The notes under the pieces are model-generated. The model saw only the letters and a program-made list of their open reading frames with translations. It did not search any database and had not been told where the DNA came from. This document shows positions 1-8,852 of a DNA stretch of 24,426 nucleotides, in pieces (position 1 is the first letter of the stretch; every line of letters begins with the position of its first letter). This stretch comes from a virus (Duplodnaviria > Caudoviricetes). The translations under genes and the position numbers were made by a program. The DNA lies in the IMG/VR virus record IMGVR_UViG_3300046103_000235, positions 1 to 24,426 of that record; one strand, written 5' to 3'.

Positions 1-102
1 CACTTGCCATTGCGTATTAGGTAATAGGTTCACTGGTGTTGAGGAAAATGCTGCAATAGCACTGTCAGACATAAGAGTAGTGTTTACTTTAGTAAGTGCC
101 AT
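1..102 (-). CDS. Partial ORF, N-terminus of a probable second tail fibre/virion structural protein (runs off the window)
   Basis: Read by hand: ATG at 102-100 overlaps the TGA of the upstream gene (TGATG) and the frame is open to the edge: MALTKVNTTLMSDSAIAAFSSTPVNLLPNTQWQV. The MALTK start and NLL.N..WQV resemble marine phage fibre N-termini. Confidence 0.65.
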   Translation of the reverse strand, partial: MALTKVNTTLMSDSAIAAFSSTPVNLLPNTQWQV

Positions 103-365
103 CAGATAATCCCCTTATCTGTCTCTTTAGCAGCAATCATATCATTGTATGCTGTTACTACTTCGGTTGTCCAAGTAGCGGCTGCAATGGCAGTTACCTT
201 TGCGGCTTCAGTAGATGTGTCTGCACCCGGTGTAATAACGTGTCTATGGAACGACGAAGATAATACTTCACCATCTTCTAACACCCTTGTCGCTGTCCGT
301 ACTTGTATTTCACCGTTCTCTAGAACTTCAATCTTATCTACTACTGATTCTTTCGTTAAAGCCAT
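102..365 (-). CDS. Small tail-fibre-associated protein (putative fibre chaperone/assembly factor), 87 aa
   Basis: Strong SD (TAGGAG) before the ATG. MALTKESVVDKIEVLENGEIQVRTATRVLEDGEVLSSSFHRHV...WT is a family I recognise directly downstream of marine phage fibres ending in the DDYEEG.WTP domain. Chaperone function is inferred from position. Confidence 0.8.
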   Translation of the reverse strand: MALTKESVVDKIEVLENGEIQVRTATRVLEDGEVLSSSFHRHVITPGADTSTEAAKVTAIAAATWTTEVVTAYNDMIAAKETDKGII

Positions 366-391
366 TTGCTTCTCCTATTGTTAAATGTCTG

Positions 392-411
392 CTCTGATTA
401 TCCAATCAGAG
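392..411 (-). promoter_or_regulatory. Perfect 8-bp hairpin (CTCTGATT-GGAT-AATCAGAG) between the tail fibre and the downstream small gene
   Basis: Inverted repeat at 392-399 / 404-411 with a 4-nt loop. It has no U-tract, so it is not a classical terminator, and it lies just upstream of the RBS. Confidence 0.5.
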
Positions 412-414
412 TAA

Positions 415-2901
415 TTAAACGGTATAACTAATTTCACCTCTTATAAATAGCAGGGCACCAGAAGTTATGTGTGCCGTGGTTGCTGTTACTCTTGATGCTC
501 CTGTATCAGTGCCCATTAGCTTTAAGTAGCTGAGACCACTTTCAGCGATAATGACTTGGCAAGACCGGGCTGTTGCTAGGCCCATAATATCCATAGCACC
601 TGCTGTATATGACCCACTTATTGTAAAAGGTAATCCAGTTATATGAAAGTTGCCGCTAGCCGACGAGAATGTCATTTGTGTCGCTACATAAGCGTAAAAC
701 GAAGCACTTACTGTGTTTCCTACTTTTTGATACACGCCTGATTGTGCGTTATATCCCGATATAGCTAAATCACCGGGTGTGGCGAAAGTGAACGCAGGTG
801 TCCAACTACCTTCCTCGTAGTCGTCCAAAGCGTTAGCCGCCGCTGTGTCGCCGTTGAACGTGAGGCCACCAGCCGCAAGAATGCGCACTCGTTCGACGCC
901 GTTAGTAGATATACCCACCGAGTTAGCGGCAGGGAGATACATCCCGTTACCGGCAACGCTTGACCCTGTTGGGACTAGCTTACTGGCTGTCGCGGTGCTC
1001 GATGCGCCAATGGTCGTCACATTTGCCGCAGCAGGAGTACCGCCACCTAACACGCCGTCTAAAGTCCCGGTAAAACCGGTCGCGACAGCTTCCTGCCCAA
1101 CAAGCCCGGCCAGAACATTCGTGGCATCCGTTACATCGGCAGCAGCCTCGATACCCGCGAGCTTAGTTTCCTCTGCCGAAGTGTATTGCGCTGTGGGTGC
1201 GGTCACGCCGTTGATGGCGTCTGTCCAAGTTCCCGCCCAGCGAACCCCGGTAGTGCCTAAACTGTCGGTGCTGTCCGTGTCCGAAACGACATTTCCGCCG
1301 TGCGTCGTAACGCCAGCAATCGTGACGTTGGCCGGAAGGCCGACAGTAATCGTCTGTCCGCTCGCTGCGGTCTCGATTTCGTTGGCTGTGCCAGCGATGG
1401 TAAATGTCTGGGCGTCCAGATCGACTGCGCCAGTGCCTGTGCCGCCAGCGAAATCCAGATCAGCAGCCGTTACCTGCGCATCAACGTAGGTCTTGATGGA
1501 CTTGGCCGAAGCGATTGTGTTGTCGCTACCGCTGACCGACGACAGGTCAATATCCACTAGGCCGCTGGCGAATTTCGGATATGTGACTGAGCCGTCAGCC
1601 GGGGTCTCGACGGCCCGCTGACTCATGTGCATGACTTCGACATTGCCCGTGCCAGATGGCGGGGCAGCCGAGAACGTCAGCGTCGTGCCACTAAGCGAGT
1701 AAGTATTTTTCTGCTGGTAGACGCCGCTGACGAAAACCATCGTGTTGTTCTCGCCATTGGCGGGGGCCGACGACAGCGTAAAGGCCGTCTGGCTTCCTGT
1801 GCCGTTGAACCGGTCAACGCTCTGCGTACCAGCATATGTGGCAGCGGATGTTGCACTAGCCGCCGCAGCGGTCGCAGAAGAGGCAGCAGCAGTCTGGGAA
1901 GATGCCGCGTTGGTCGCGGAGGATGCCGCGTTGGTTGCTTGCGTAGACGCCCCAGTAATTGACGATATGTTGGTTGCGTTCGTGTTGATCGACGCAATGT
2001 TGGTCGCGTTCGTGTTCACGTTGGTAATTGCGCCAGCCACAGTGTCCATTGCCGTGACGTTGGCAGCGGTGCCAAGCGTGTTCATATCGGTCACTACGTC
2101 TGCGGTTGCTAGGACGTTCATGTCTGCAACGACATCGGCGGTTGCCAAGGTGTTCATGTCCGCGACGACATCCGCCGTGCCGAGAGTGTTCATATCGGAT
2201 ACAACATCCGGCGTTGCCAGCACGTTCATATCGGACACGAAGTCGGCTGAAGCGATGGTGTTTAGGTCAGACACAAAATCTGCTGACGCGACTGTGTTCA
2301 TGTCTGCAACGACATCGGCGGTGCCAAGGATCGCCATGTCGGCTACTGCGTCTGCGGTGCCAAGGCGTCCTATCTCTGTAAGTTTACCTGAGACAGCCGT
2401 AAGGTTTGTTTTGTCGCTGGGCGTGAGGAACGTACTTTCAAGGTAGTTCTTAGTAACAGCATCCTGTGCATCCACAGGGTCAGCCACCGCCCTGATTTTC
2501 TTACTGTCAGCATCCCAATGACTAGTAGCATCCAGGTTAATTTTACCTGCCGAGTCATCTGCCGTTTCCTGCGCTGAATATAGTAGCTGATCAATCTCAG
2601 TGTTGAGATCAGCCGCCTTCAGGGTAGAGCTATTTGAGAAGACAACTGATGGTGTGGTGATTGGCGTGTTGCGCTCAATCTTGATCGCTGTTCCGCTTGC
2701 TACCGCTGAGTTGTCTGAAGTCTTTTTAATCTGGACTGTGGTGCCACCAGTTAGAACTGTGGCTGTGTACAGGCTTCCGCCAGCGGCGGTGGAGACACCA
2801 GCAACATAGAAAACTAAGTGGCTTTCATTGATGTAGCTAAATGGGATGTTAAAAACTAATGTGCTTCCATCCCCTGTATAAGTGATATCAGCGAATGCCA
2901 T
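415..2901 (-). CDS. Tail fibre protein (T7 gp17-like N-terminal adaptor, repeat shaft, C-terminal receptor-binding domain), 828 aa
   Basis: N-terminus YTGDGS..FNIPFSY...I.R.TP...F...S.L.A.DLN...QLLY.AQE is the T7 gp17 anchor pattern. Ala/Thr/Ser-rich repeats follow, then the C-terminal ANALDDYEEGSWTP...YQKVGN.V...ITGLPFT domain. It follows the gp16-like gene as in T7. Confidence 0.92.
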   Translation of the reverse strand: MAFADITYTGDGSTLVFNIPFSYINESHLVFYVAGVSTAAGGSLYTATVLTGGTTVQIKKTSDNSAVASGTAIKIERNTPITTPSVVFSNSSTLKAADLNTEIDQLLYSAQETADDSAGKINLDATSHWDADSKKIRAVADPVDAQDAVTKNYLESTFLTPSDKTNLTAVSGKLTEIGRLGTADAVADMAILGTADVVADMNTVASADFVSDLNTIASADFVSDMNVLATPDVVSDMNTLGTADVVADMNTLATADVVADMNVLATADVVTDMNTLGTAANVTAMDTVAGAITNVNTNATNIASINTNATNISSITGASTQATNAASSATNAASSQTAAASSATAAAASATSAATYAGTQSVDRFNGTGSQTAFTLSSAPANGENNTMVFVSGVYQQKNTYSLSGTTLTFSAAPPSGTGNVEVMHMSQRAVETPADGSVTYPKFASGLVDIDLSSVSGSDNTIASAKSIKTYVDAQVTAADLDFAGGTGTGAVDLDAQTFTIAGTANEIETAASGQTITVGLPANVTIAGVTTHGGNVVSDTDSTDSLGTTGVRWAGTWTDAINGVTAPTAQYTSAEETKLAGIEAAADVTDATNVLAGLVGQEAVATGFTGTLDGVLGGGTPAAANVTTIGASSTATASKLVPTGSSVAGNGMYLPAANSVGISTNGVERVRILAAGGLTFNGDTAAANALDDYEEGSWTPAFTFATPGDLAISGYNAQSGVYQKVGNTVSASFYAYVATQMTFSSASGNFHITGLPFTISGSYTAGAMDIMGLATARSCQVIIAESGLSYLKLMGTDTGASRVTATTAHITSGALLFIRGEISYTV
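2041..2364 (-). repeat. Nine tandem degenerate 36-nt (12-aa) repeats in the fibre shaft, consensus L(G/A)TADVV(A/S)DMNT
   Basis: LGTADAVADMAI / LGTADVVADMNT / VASADFVSDLNT / IASADFVSDMNV / LATPDVVSDMNT / LGTADVVADMNT / LATADVVADMNV / LATADVVTDMNT / LGTAANVTAMDT. The 21-mer gttcatgtctgcaacgacatc recurs in the DNA. Confidence 0.9.
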
Positions 2902-5900
2902 CTATTGTCTTCCTTTAATCATCTGTTCTAGATTTAGTTCTCTACCAGACCCTGAGTACATATCAGCTTTATCAAGTAGCCCTGCGTCTACTGACTTACT
3001 GTATTGTTTTGCACCTAGTGGTGCGTCTGGCTGGGTTCCTTCGATATAAAGCATATCTTTCGCTACTTTCCGGTAAGCATTAAATATGCTGCCAATAACC
3101 TGTGCCCGTGGCCCGTTAGGGTCATCTTGTGTGCCGGGGTGCAGTGTCTGTATCTGTGGGATTGCGTCGGCAAGGGCTTGGCGTAGCGTTCGCCCACCCC
3201 CTAATTTCACGGTTCCTATCAGTTCCTGATATCTGTCAAAAACGGACTGCCCAGATTTATATTCAATACGCGAGAAATCTTTGACTGTTCCAATGCGACG
3301 ATCTTTTGGCGGGCTGAAGTTTTTACCTGTGAGATATGCGAGATCAGCCAGTTCTTTTAAGACTATGTCGTTGGGGTCTGAGGTGCTGGCAGTGAACGGG
3401 TTCCACTTGTCCTGCTCACGGTACACCATCTCACCCAACTGGTTCCGCTTGGGGTCAGAGAACTCACCTATGCCAACAGCGGCAAGACGGTTCTTTACTC
3501 CATCCATAATTTCGCGGGTCTCGCGGAATACAGGATCGCCGTCTAGTTGCCCGATAGCTGCCGGGGTGTATGACGACAATGCAGAGCCTAAAACCCGCTC
3601 CATGTTTTTGTCTGCTGCGGTAATCGCACCCATGAAGTCGGAGAGGCCGCGCATGTAAGTTTTGTTAATTGAGTTTTCAGCGACAGACGATGCAAGACCA
3701 GCGGCAATATCCATGAAACGGTCTTCTTCACCCTTTTTGCCTTCTAGTTCGGCCTCTTTCCACACCTCAGCCAAATCAGCAGCCACACCCAAAAAGTTTG
3801 AAAACGGGTCATATCGCTGGTAGGGTATGTAGCTTTTAGAACCGTCGTCGTTAGTGATGACAAATGAATAGGGTCGCCATTTTTTTGCAATCCATACCGC
3901 TCTAGTTTTCGGGTTACTCGGCCCTGATCCAGTAATCATACCGTTGTGAGCCATGGTTCCCGCTACAGACACAGCGGCGATTCCCGTCACCATTTTACCC
4001 CGTGCGCGGGCGCGCAATGAAGGGTCCGGGCTTTTCAAATCTGAACGTAATTTTTTACTGAGTATATTGAGAACAGGTGCCCGCCTAAATGCAGCAAATA
4101 ACAGGTTGGTAGGGGTCTTCACAAACGGAAGAATGAACCGGACCCCTGGATACTTGACAGCCATCTGCTGCACCATCGCGGCAAAGCCTTCAAGCTCAGT
4201 CGTAAATGTAACTTCCCTAGCAGTGTCCAGCGCCGCTTTAGAGACATTTACCTGATCTGCATTCTTAGCGATGAATTCTTCTAGTGCCTTCCCGTCTAGT
4301 CCCTTGTCTACCCCTTCTTTCTGAAGAGCCATCCTGAATGCGCCTTCGTCTAATGCTGCCGCTGCCCCGTCTGGGTCAAAACCACGTTTCTCAGCAGTGG
4401 CTATCCATTCATTAAGTTCATCCCCCTTCAAACCCTTCTGACGGCCAGCAACCCAGAGATCAGTTTTGAGCTTCCCTCTGTAGGTTGCCTGCTTGAAGAA
4501 TTCGTCGGAGAACAAAAGTAGGCGTGATGGCAGGGTAGATATTAAGTTTGCCGCACCCCGGATATTACGACCTTCCTTGTCCACTAAAGACATCTTCTGC
4601 CCGCCAAAGGGATTGTTATCTATTTCAAGTTTCCCACCGACAGCATCCAAGACTGATTTATCTTGTTTAGCTGCAAAACCAGCCATCCTGACGGCTTCCA
4701 GTGCAGAGCCGTAGGTGTACCCAAACTGTCTTACGCCCCTTATCATTTCTGTGCGGTTCAGGGTTAAAGCGCCGCCAACCGTCTGCTCAAGCATATTAAC
4801 ATTTGCCTGCATAAAGTTAGACACGGCGTTGATGATCTGAGTGTTAGGGCCTGACAGCATCATGTTGATGCGGAACGTGTTCAGCTTGTCCCACCAGGAA
4901 CCGATATCCCTTGCGCTGGGGGCTTCTTTGCCTGCTAATTTTGCAGCCTGCACCTCCCTGAAATATCTAGTCATCCCTGATCGACTTCGGGTTGCTTGAT
5001 TTTGCAGTGCTGCTGTAAGTGCGCCGCCTCTCTTATGCACCATTTTTTGAGCATTCATGGCCCGTCCGACCGCCGCTTTTTGACCTCGAAATGATGCTTC
5101 TAGGTTAGCGTACAGTTCCGTCATGTGAATTGCGTCTAACTCAAATTCATCAAAGTTTTTCCAGCCTAAGCCTTTGATTGCATTTTCATCGATTTCCTTT
5201 GCGGCCCATTTTGTCCATATCTCCGCAATGTTCTGCATTTCCTCGCTCATGGTGTCTACAAACTTGCGTTTGGCTTGTAGTGAAGCGGCTAAGTTCTCCC
5301 ACTTTGCAAGTCCGTCAGCGCCTCTAGGGACATCTCCGAATTCGCGAAGAAGGCCATCCCAATCGTTTTCAAACAGGTCCTTGAGGTGATTGACGTGTCC
5401 CCCCATCTTGGCGCGGACTGTTGCCCACCGCACTGTCTTCCCATCCCTAGCAGCCTCAAATTCCTTTGCCAGCCCAGCGTCTTTGTCCCCGACTGTTATT
5501 ATGATGTCTTCAATGTCTTCCGGGTCTGTGATGTAGCGGAAGTTTCTTGCAAGCTCTCCGGGGCGCATGACGTTGCCTGTCTGCATATTTCTAATCGCGG
5601 AACCTGTGAGGATGCGGTCTACAATGTTTCCGAATACTCGAAAGTTTTTACTTTTAGGGTCGCTTATCCGATCTATGTATGCAGAAGTCTGATCATTCTC
5701 TCTTGCAGTCCGCTCAAGAGCTTCATCCACGGTCTCAGGAAATATCTGTCCTTCAGGAGTTTCAGGCTCAACGCGTGCAACAGGGGCAACTTCATCCGCA
5801 GCACTGGCTGGCGGTGGTGGAACCTGTTCTCCAGCCGCCGCCTCTTTAGCAGTGGCTTCATCCAGCTTGCCTTCAACACCCTTCTGGATGTCATCAGCAC

Positions 5901-6744
5901 CCTTAGCTCCTAGCTCTTTAGCTTTCTCGACATCACCCCGTTTCAGGTGACCAGCAGCCCTGACAACGTAAATTATGCCTTCAACCGCCAGCCCTAAGCC
6001 AGCGCCTTCAATAGCGTTACGCAGTCTGTTCTGGATATCAGTGTCATCCGGGTCAGTCATCAGCGCATCAACAATTGGATTATCCACGCCGACACTCTTC
6101 AGGAAGTCTGACAGGTTACCTTCTTTACCCTCGAAGGCGGCAAAGTCAGCGACTGCCCCCCGCGACAATCCTGATACAGCCGCTTGTTTACCTGCGGATA
6201 GCCCTGAGAACAGTTTGCCTGCCTTGAAGAACTTACCAATGCCAACAAACCCTACGGCAAATTGTGTGACGCCTTGGACAGCTTGTCCTGTGAAAGTTTC
6301 CTGATTGGTTTCTGTCCAATCCGATAGGCCATATTTAAGTCCAGCAGCCTCTCGTTTGGCTATGAGCTTTTCCATTGCGGCACCAGAACGAAACCGAATA
6401 TCAAAATTACCGTTCTCATCAAAGAAAGTGACATCACCGACATTCTTGGACAGCCAATTAGCGGCGTCATCCACAGTCTCGGTAGTGTCAAAGCCAATGA
6501 GGTTGGTGGTTGCGTCAATGGAGCGAATTGCACCTTTTCCGACTGACTCAGGGACTTCGGATACATGTCCCCAGACGCCTGCGCCATCATCTTCTGCGTC
6601 TGTGTTGTCCGTGGATGCGCTGGGTGATTTTAAGTATTGGGCTGCGCTGCCTGCGCCGTAGACAGTTTCAAAGTCTTGTGTGTTTTCTCCGGGGTTCTGA
6701 TTCAGAAACTCAATGTCTTCAGGGGCTACATTAAGTCCCACCAT
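2902..6744 (-). CDS. Internal virion protein D (T7 gp16-like ejection protein), about 1280 aa
   Basis: Largest ORF, lying between the gp15-like gene and the tail fibre. C-terminal motifs FILPFVKTPTN, GMITGSGP, W.PYSF and YQRYDPF are typical of marine T7-like gp16. Start is the ATG at 6744 (TGATG coupling) or the GTG at 6747. Confidence 0.82.
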   Translation of the reverse strand: MVGLNVAPEDIEFLNQNPGENTQDFETVYGAGSAAQYLKSPSASTDNTDAEDDGAGVWGHVSEVPESVGKGAIRSIDATTNLIGFDTTETVDDAANWLSKNVGDVTFFDENGNFDIRFRSGAAMEKLIAKREAAGLKYGLSDWTETNQETFTGQAVQGVTQFAVGFVGIGKFFKAGKLFSGLSAGKQAAVSGLSRGAVADFAAFEGKEGNLSDFLKSVGVDNPIVDALMTDPDDTDIQNRLRNAIEGAGLGLAVEGIIYVVRAAGHLKRGDVEKAKELGAKGADDIQKGVEGKLDEATAKEAAAGEQVPPPPASAADEVAPVARVEPETPEGQIFPETVDEALERTARENDQTSAYIDRISDPKSKNFRVFGNIVDRILTGSAIRNMQTGNVMRPGELARNFRYITDPEDIEDIIITVGDKDAGLAKEFEAARDGKTVRWATVRAKMGGHVNHLKDLFENDWDGLLREFGDVPRGADGLAKWENLAASLQAKRKFVDTMSEEMQNIAEIWTKWAAKEIDENAIKGLGWKNFDEFELDAIHMTELYANLEASFRGQKAAVGRAMNAQKMVHKRGGALTAALQNQATRSRSGMTRYFREVQAAKLAGKEAPSARDIGSWWDKLNTFRINMMLSGPNTQIINAVSNFMQANVNMLEQTVGGALTLNRTEMIRGVRQFGYTYGSALEAVRMAGFAAKQDKSVLDAVGGKLEIDNNPFGGQKMSLVDKEGRNIRGAANLISTLPSRLLLFSDEFFKQATYRGKLKTDLWVAGRQKGLKGDELNEWIATAEKRGFDPDGAAAALDEGAFRMALQKEGVDKGLDGKALEEFIAKNADQVNVSKAALDTAREVTFTTELEGFAAMVQQMAVKYPGVRFILPFVKTPTNLLFAAFRRAPVLNILSKKLRSDLKSPDPSLRARARGKMVTGIAAVSVAGTMAHNGMITGSGPSNPKTRAVWIAKKWRPYSFVITNDDGSKSYIPYQRYDPFSNFLGVAADLAEVWKEAELEGKKGEEDRFMDIAAGLASSVAENSINKTYMRGLSDFMGAITAADKNMERVLGSALSSYTPAAIGQLDGDPVFRETREIMDGVKNRLAAVGIGEFSDPKRNQLGEMVYREQDKWNPFTASTSDPNDIVLKELADLAYLTGKNFSPPKDRRIGTVKDFSRIEYKSGQSVFDRYQELIGTVKLGGGRTLRQALADAIPQIQTLHPGTQDDPNGPRAQVIGSIFNAYRKVAKDMLYIEGTQPDAPLGAKQYSKSVDAGLLDKADMYSGSGRELNLEQMIKGRQ

Positions 6745-8852
6745 CACTCTACGCCTTGGCTGATGTAATCTAGGACGGCTTTGACAACAGCATCAAGCTG
6801 TTTGCGCTCCTTTGTGTCTGTTCTCAAGCCATAATCTAGGTTGAAGAACTTTTTAATAGCCTCTTCCTGATCCTTCCGAAGCTGTTTAGCCTGCGCCTCA
6901 GCAATGTACGTTTCATTGCCTTGATATACCGTAGTCGCCATCCTTGGCGTTATTGGCGTTGGCACAATCTTTCTAAGGGCCTCCGCAGCCGCCTGTATCT
7001 GATATGAGTCTAATGTAACGCTATCTGCTGTAATTTGATTTGGGCGTATTCTGCGGTCAAATTCACCCTGCTTGCGCCTTACCTTTGCAGCGGCGGCAGC
7101 ACCAACATTGGCGGTGGCGTCCGGTGGCCGCACATTTGGATCAGGAGCGGGCTTTGGCTGAAGAGTGTCAAGACTAAAGCCGGGGATGCCCTCTTGTGCC
7201 AGTATTTTGTATTTTGCAGCGAGGCTTGTGCCTTGGAAATCAGCATTCCATCGACTTCTATTTGTAACATTATCTGGCCCTAACAATAATTGTTTGCCGT
7301 TTTCAGAGTTAGCATACTGTATTAGAGCGTATTTTTGTGCGGCGGCTCTGAGTGTGGCTTTCCCTTGCGTAGTGTTTAGGTCCACGGTTTTTTCTTTATC
7401 TGATACAGGGTCTCTGAATCTGCCCCCAGCTACCTCAACATCGTTTATGAAACTTATGGTGTCGTTTTTGATCAGTATGCCGTCGCCGTCCACTTGATTA
7501 GCTATGCTTTTGCCAAATAATTTACTGAGACTGTCTAAGTTCCCAGAACCCAACATACTTCCTTCTTTTCCCATCCTCACTGCGGCGGACAGTAAACTAT
7601 TATGCCCCGATGTGGTCATTCCGTACTGTAACGCAAGCTGCCCAGCGACTTCCTCCATCTTTGTTTTGTCAGTATTGCGGAGAGTATCAATCGCTTTCAC
7701 AAAATTGGCCGTCTTTTGAGCGTCAGTTTGGAATCCTCTAGCGTTTTGGGTGTTCTGTCTTAGCGTTCTGATTGTGCCGATTGCAGAAAGTATCTTTTGA
7801 TCATCCACATGCTCTGAGCCGTCACCTAGCTTTTGTCTCACATATGCAATCGCTTCCTTTTCTGTTGTAGGCAGGCCATCATCAGTTACAATGTTTCGCA
7901 TCTGTGAGTCCGCCGCTTTTGCTAACCTACCTCGCTCTACCTCAGCCGCATTTTGGTCACGGCGCTCCCTCTGAATGATGCGGTCTTTAGCGTCTTCTAG
8001 GCTTCCGTATTCAACAGCGGTGAGTGTTTCTTTAGAGCCATCTAAACGGCGCAATGCGCCTGTCTCAGACATCTTTTGAAGTTGTGAAATCAAGCCAATG
8101 TCATCACTATTTATCGCTTGTTTAAGCCAAAGTGTTCTGGCTTCTTTTGGGTCCATACCTAACGCGATGGCTTTCTGTATGCGGACGTAGCTGCCTGACG
8201 CCTTGTCTTCGTCAGACAGGCTGGGGCTGGTAAAGTCACCAGCTATTAATTGACCTGTTTTTACAGCCAGATCATCGCGCATAGCCTTGTTTGTGTATGC
8301 CGCGTGTTGAGCATACAGAGTGTTTGAGTATTGACTTAATCGGTTGCTTGCAGCGCCAATGTAATGTGGGTCATCAGGTAGATTAGCGTTATATGCTCCT
8401 AATTTCTGACTGAGCCACCTAGACGCATCAAACGGAACTAGCTTGCCGTTAGTGTCATAGCTGCCGTTCCTGTTTTTTTCATATTCAATATTTAACTTAG
8501 AAGCATAATCGGCGGCGTGTGCCTCACCGACAGTGGCGTTATATCCGATTGACCAAGCTGCCGATTTAGAAGGATGCGCTGTCTTAGCAAGTTTCCATTC
8601 GTTCGGATTGTTTGCGATGTCGATGGTCGCTTGTTTACGCGCTAGTGCCTCCTGTTCCTTGTTCCACTTCTCTTCGCGAACATCATTGTCGCGCTTGGCT
8701 ACATTGAGGGCTTTTTCCAACGACCTGAGTCCATCAGACTTGTCGCCTGGTTGGACAACGACGCCAGTTTTGCTCTGATAAAAAGTGTCTACAGGCGACA
8801 GCAGGTTGCGCTGAATTCGGGCAGAGGGTGCGTCTACTTTTTGTCTAGCCAT
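6744..8852 (-). CDS. Internal virion protein C (T7 gp15-like), 702 aa
   Basis: Synteny (gp14-gp15-gp16), size and helical composition. The N-terminal SPVDTFYQ motif resembles marine gp15 homologues. The sequence is divergent. Confidence 0.72.
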   Translation of the reverse strand: MARQKVDAPSARIQRNLLSPVDTFYQSKTGVVVQPGDKSDGLRSLEKALNVAKRDNDVREEKWNKEQEALARKQATIDIANNPNEWKLAKTAHPSKSAAWSIGYNATVGEAHAADYASKLNIEYEKNRNGSYDTNGKLVPFDASRWLSQKLGAYNANLPDDPHYIGAASNRLSQYSNTLYAQHAAYTNKAMRDDLAVKTGQLIAGDFTSPSLSDEDKASGSYVRIQKAIALGMDPKEARTLWLKQAINSDDIGLISQLQKMSETGALRRLDGSKETLTAVEYGSLEDAKDRIIQRERRDQNAAEVERGRLAKAADSQMRNIVTDDGLPTTEKEAIAYVRQKLGDGSEHVDDQKILSAIGTIRTLRQNTQNARGFQTDAQKTANFVKAIDTLRNTDKTKMEEVAGQLALQYGMTTSGHNSLLSAAVRMGKEGSMLGSGNLDSLSKLFGKSIANQVDGDGILIKNDTISFINDVEVAGGRFRDPVSDKEKTVDLNTTQGKATLRAAAQKYALIQYANSENGKQLLLGPDNVTNRSRWNADFQGTSLAAKYKILAQEGIPGFSLDTLQPKPAPDPNVRPPDATANVGAAAAAKVRRKQGEFDRRIRPNQITADSVTLDSYQIQAAAEALRKIVPTPITPRMATTVYQGNETYIAEAQAKQLRKDQEEAIKKFFNLDYGLRTDTKERKQLDAVVKAVLDYISQGVE

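Noticed and set aside
2041-2364. 36-nt periodic repeats resembling a CRISPR array or a DGR template
   Set aside because: The units are contiguous and in frame, vary mostly at synonymous or conservative positions, and have no unique spacers. No cas or reverse transcriptase gene is present.
845-2446. Long plus-strand ORFs (845..1489, 1742..2446) and the many other plus-strand ORFs in the track
   Set aside because: They are antisense shadows of well-supported minus-strand genes, with Ala/Val/Ser-rich mirror composition, no recognisable motifs and no RBS. T7-like genomes are essentially unidirectional.
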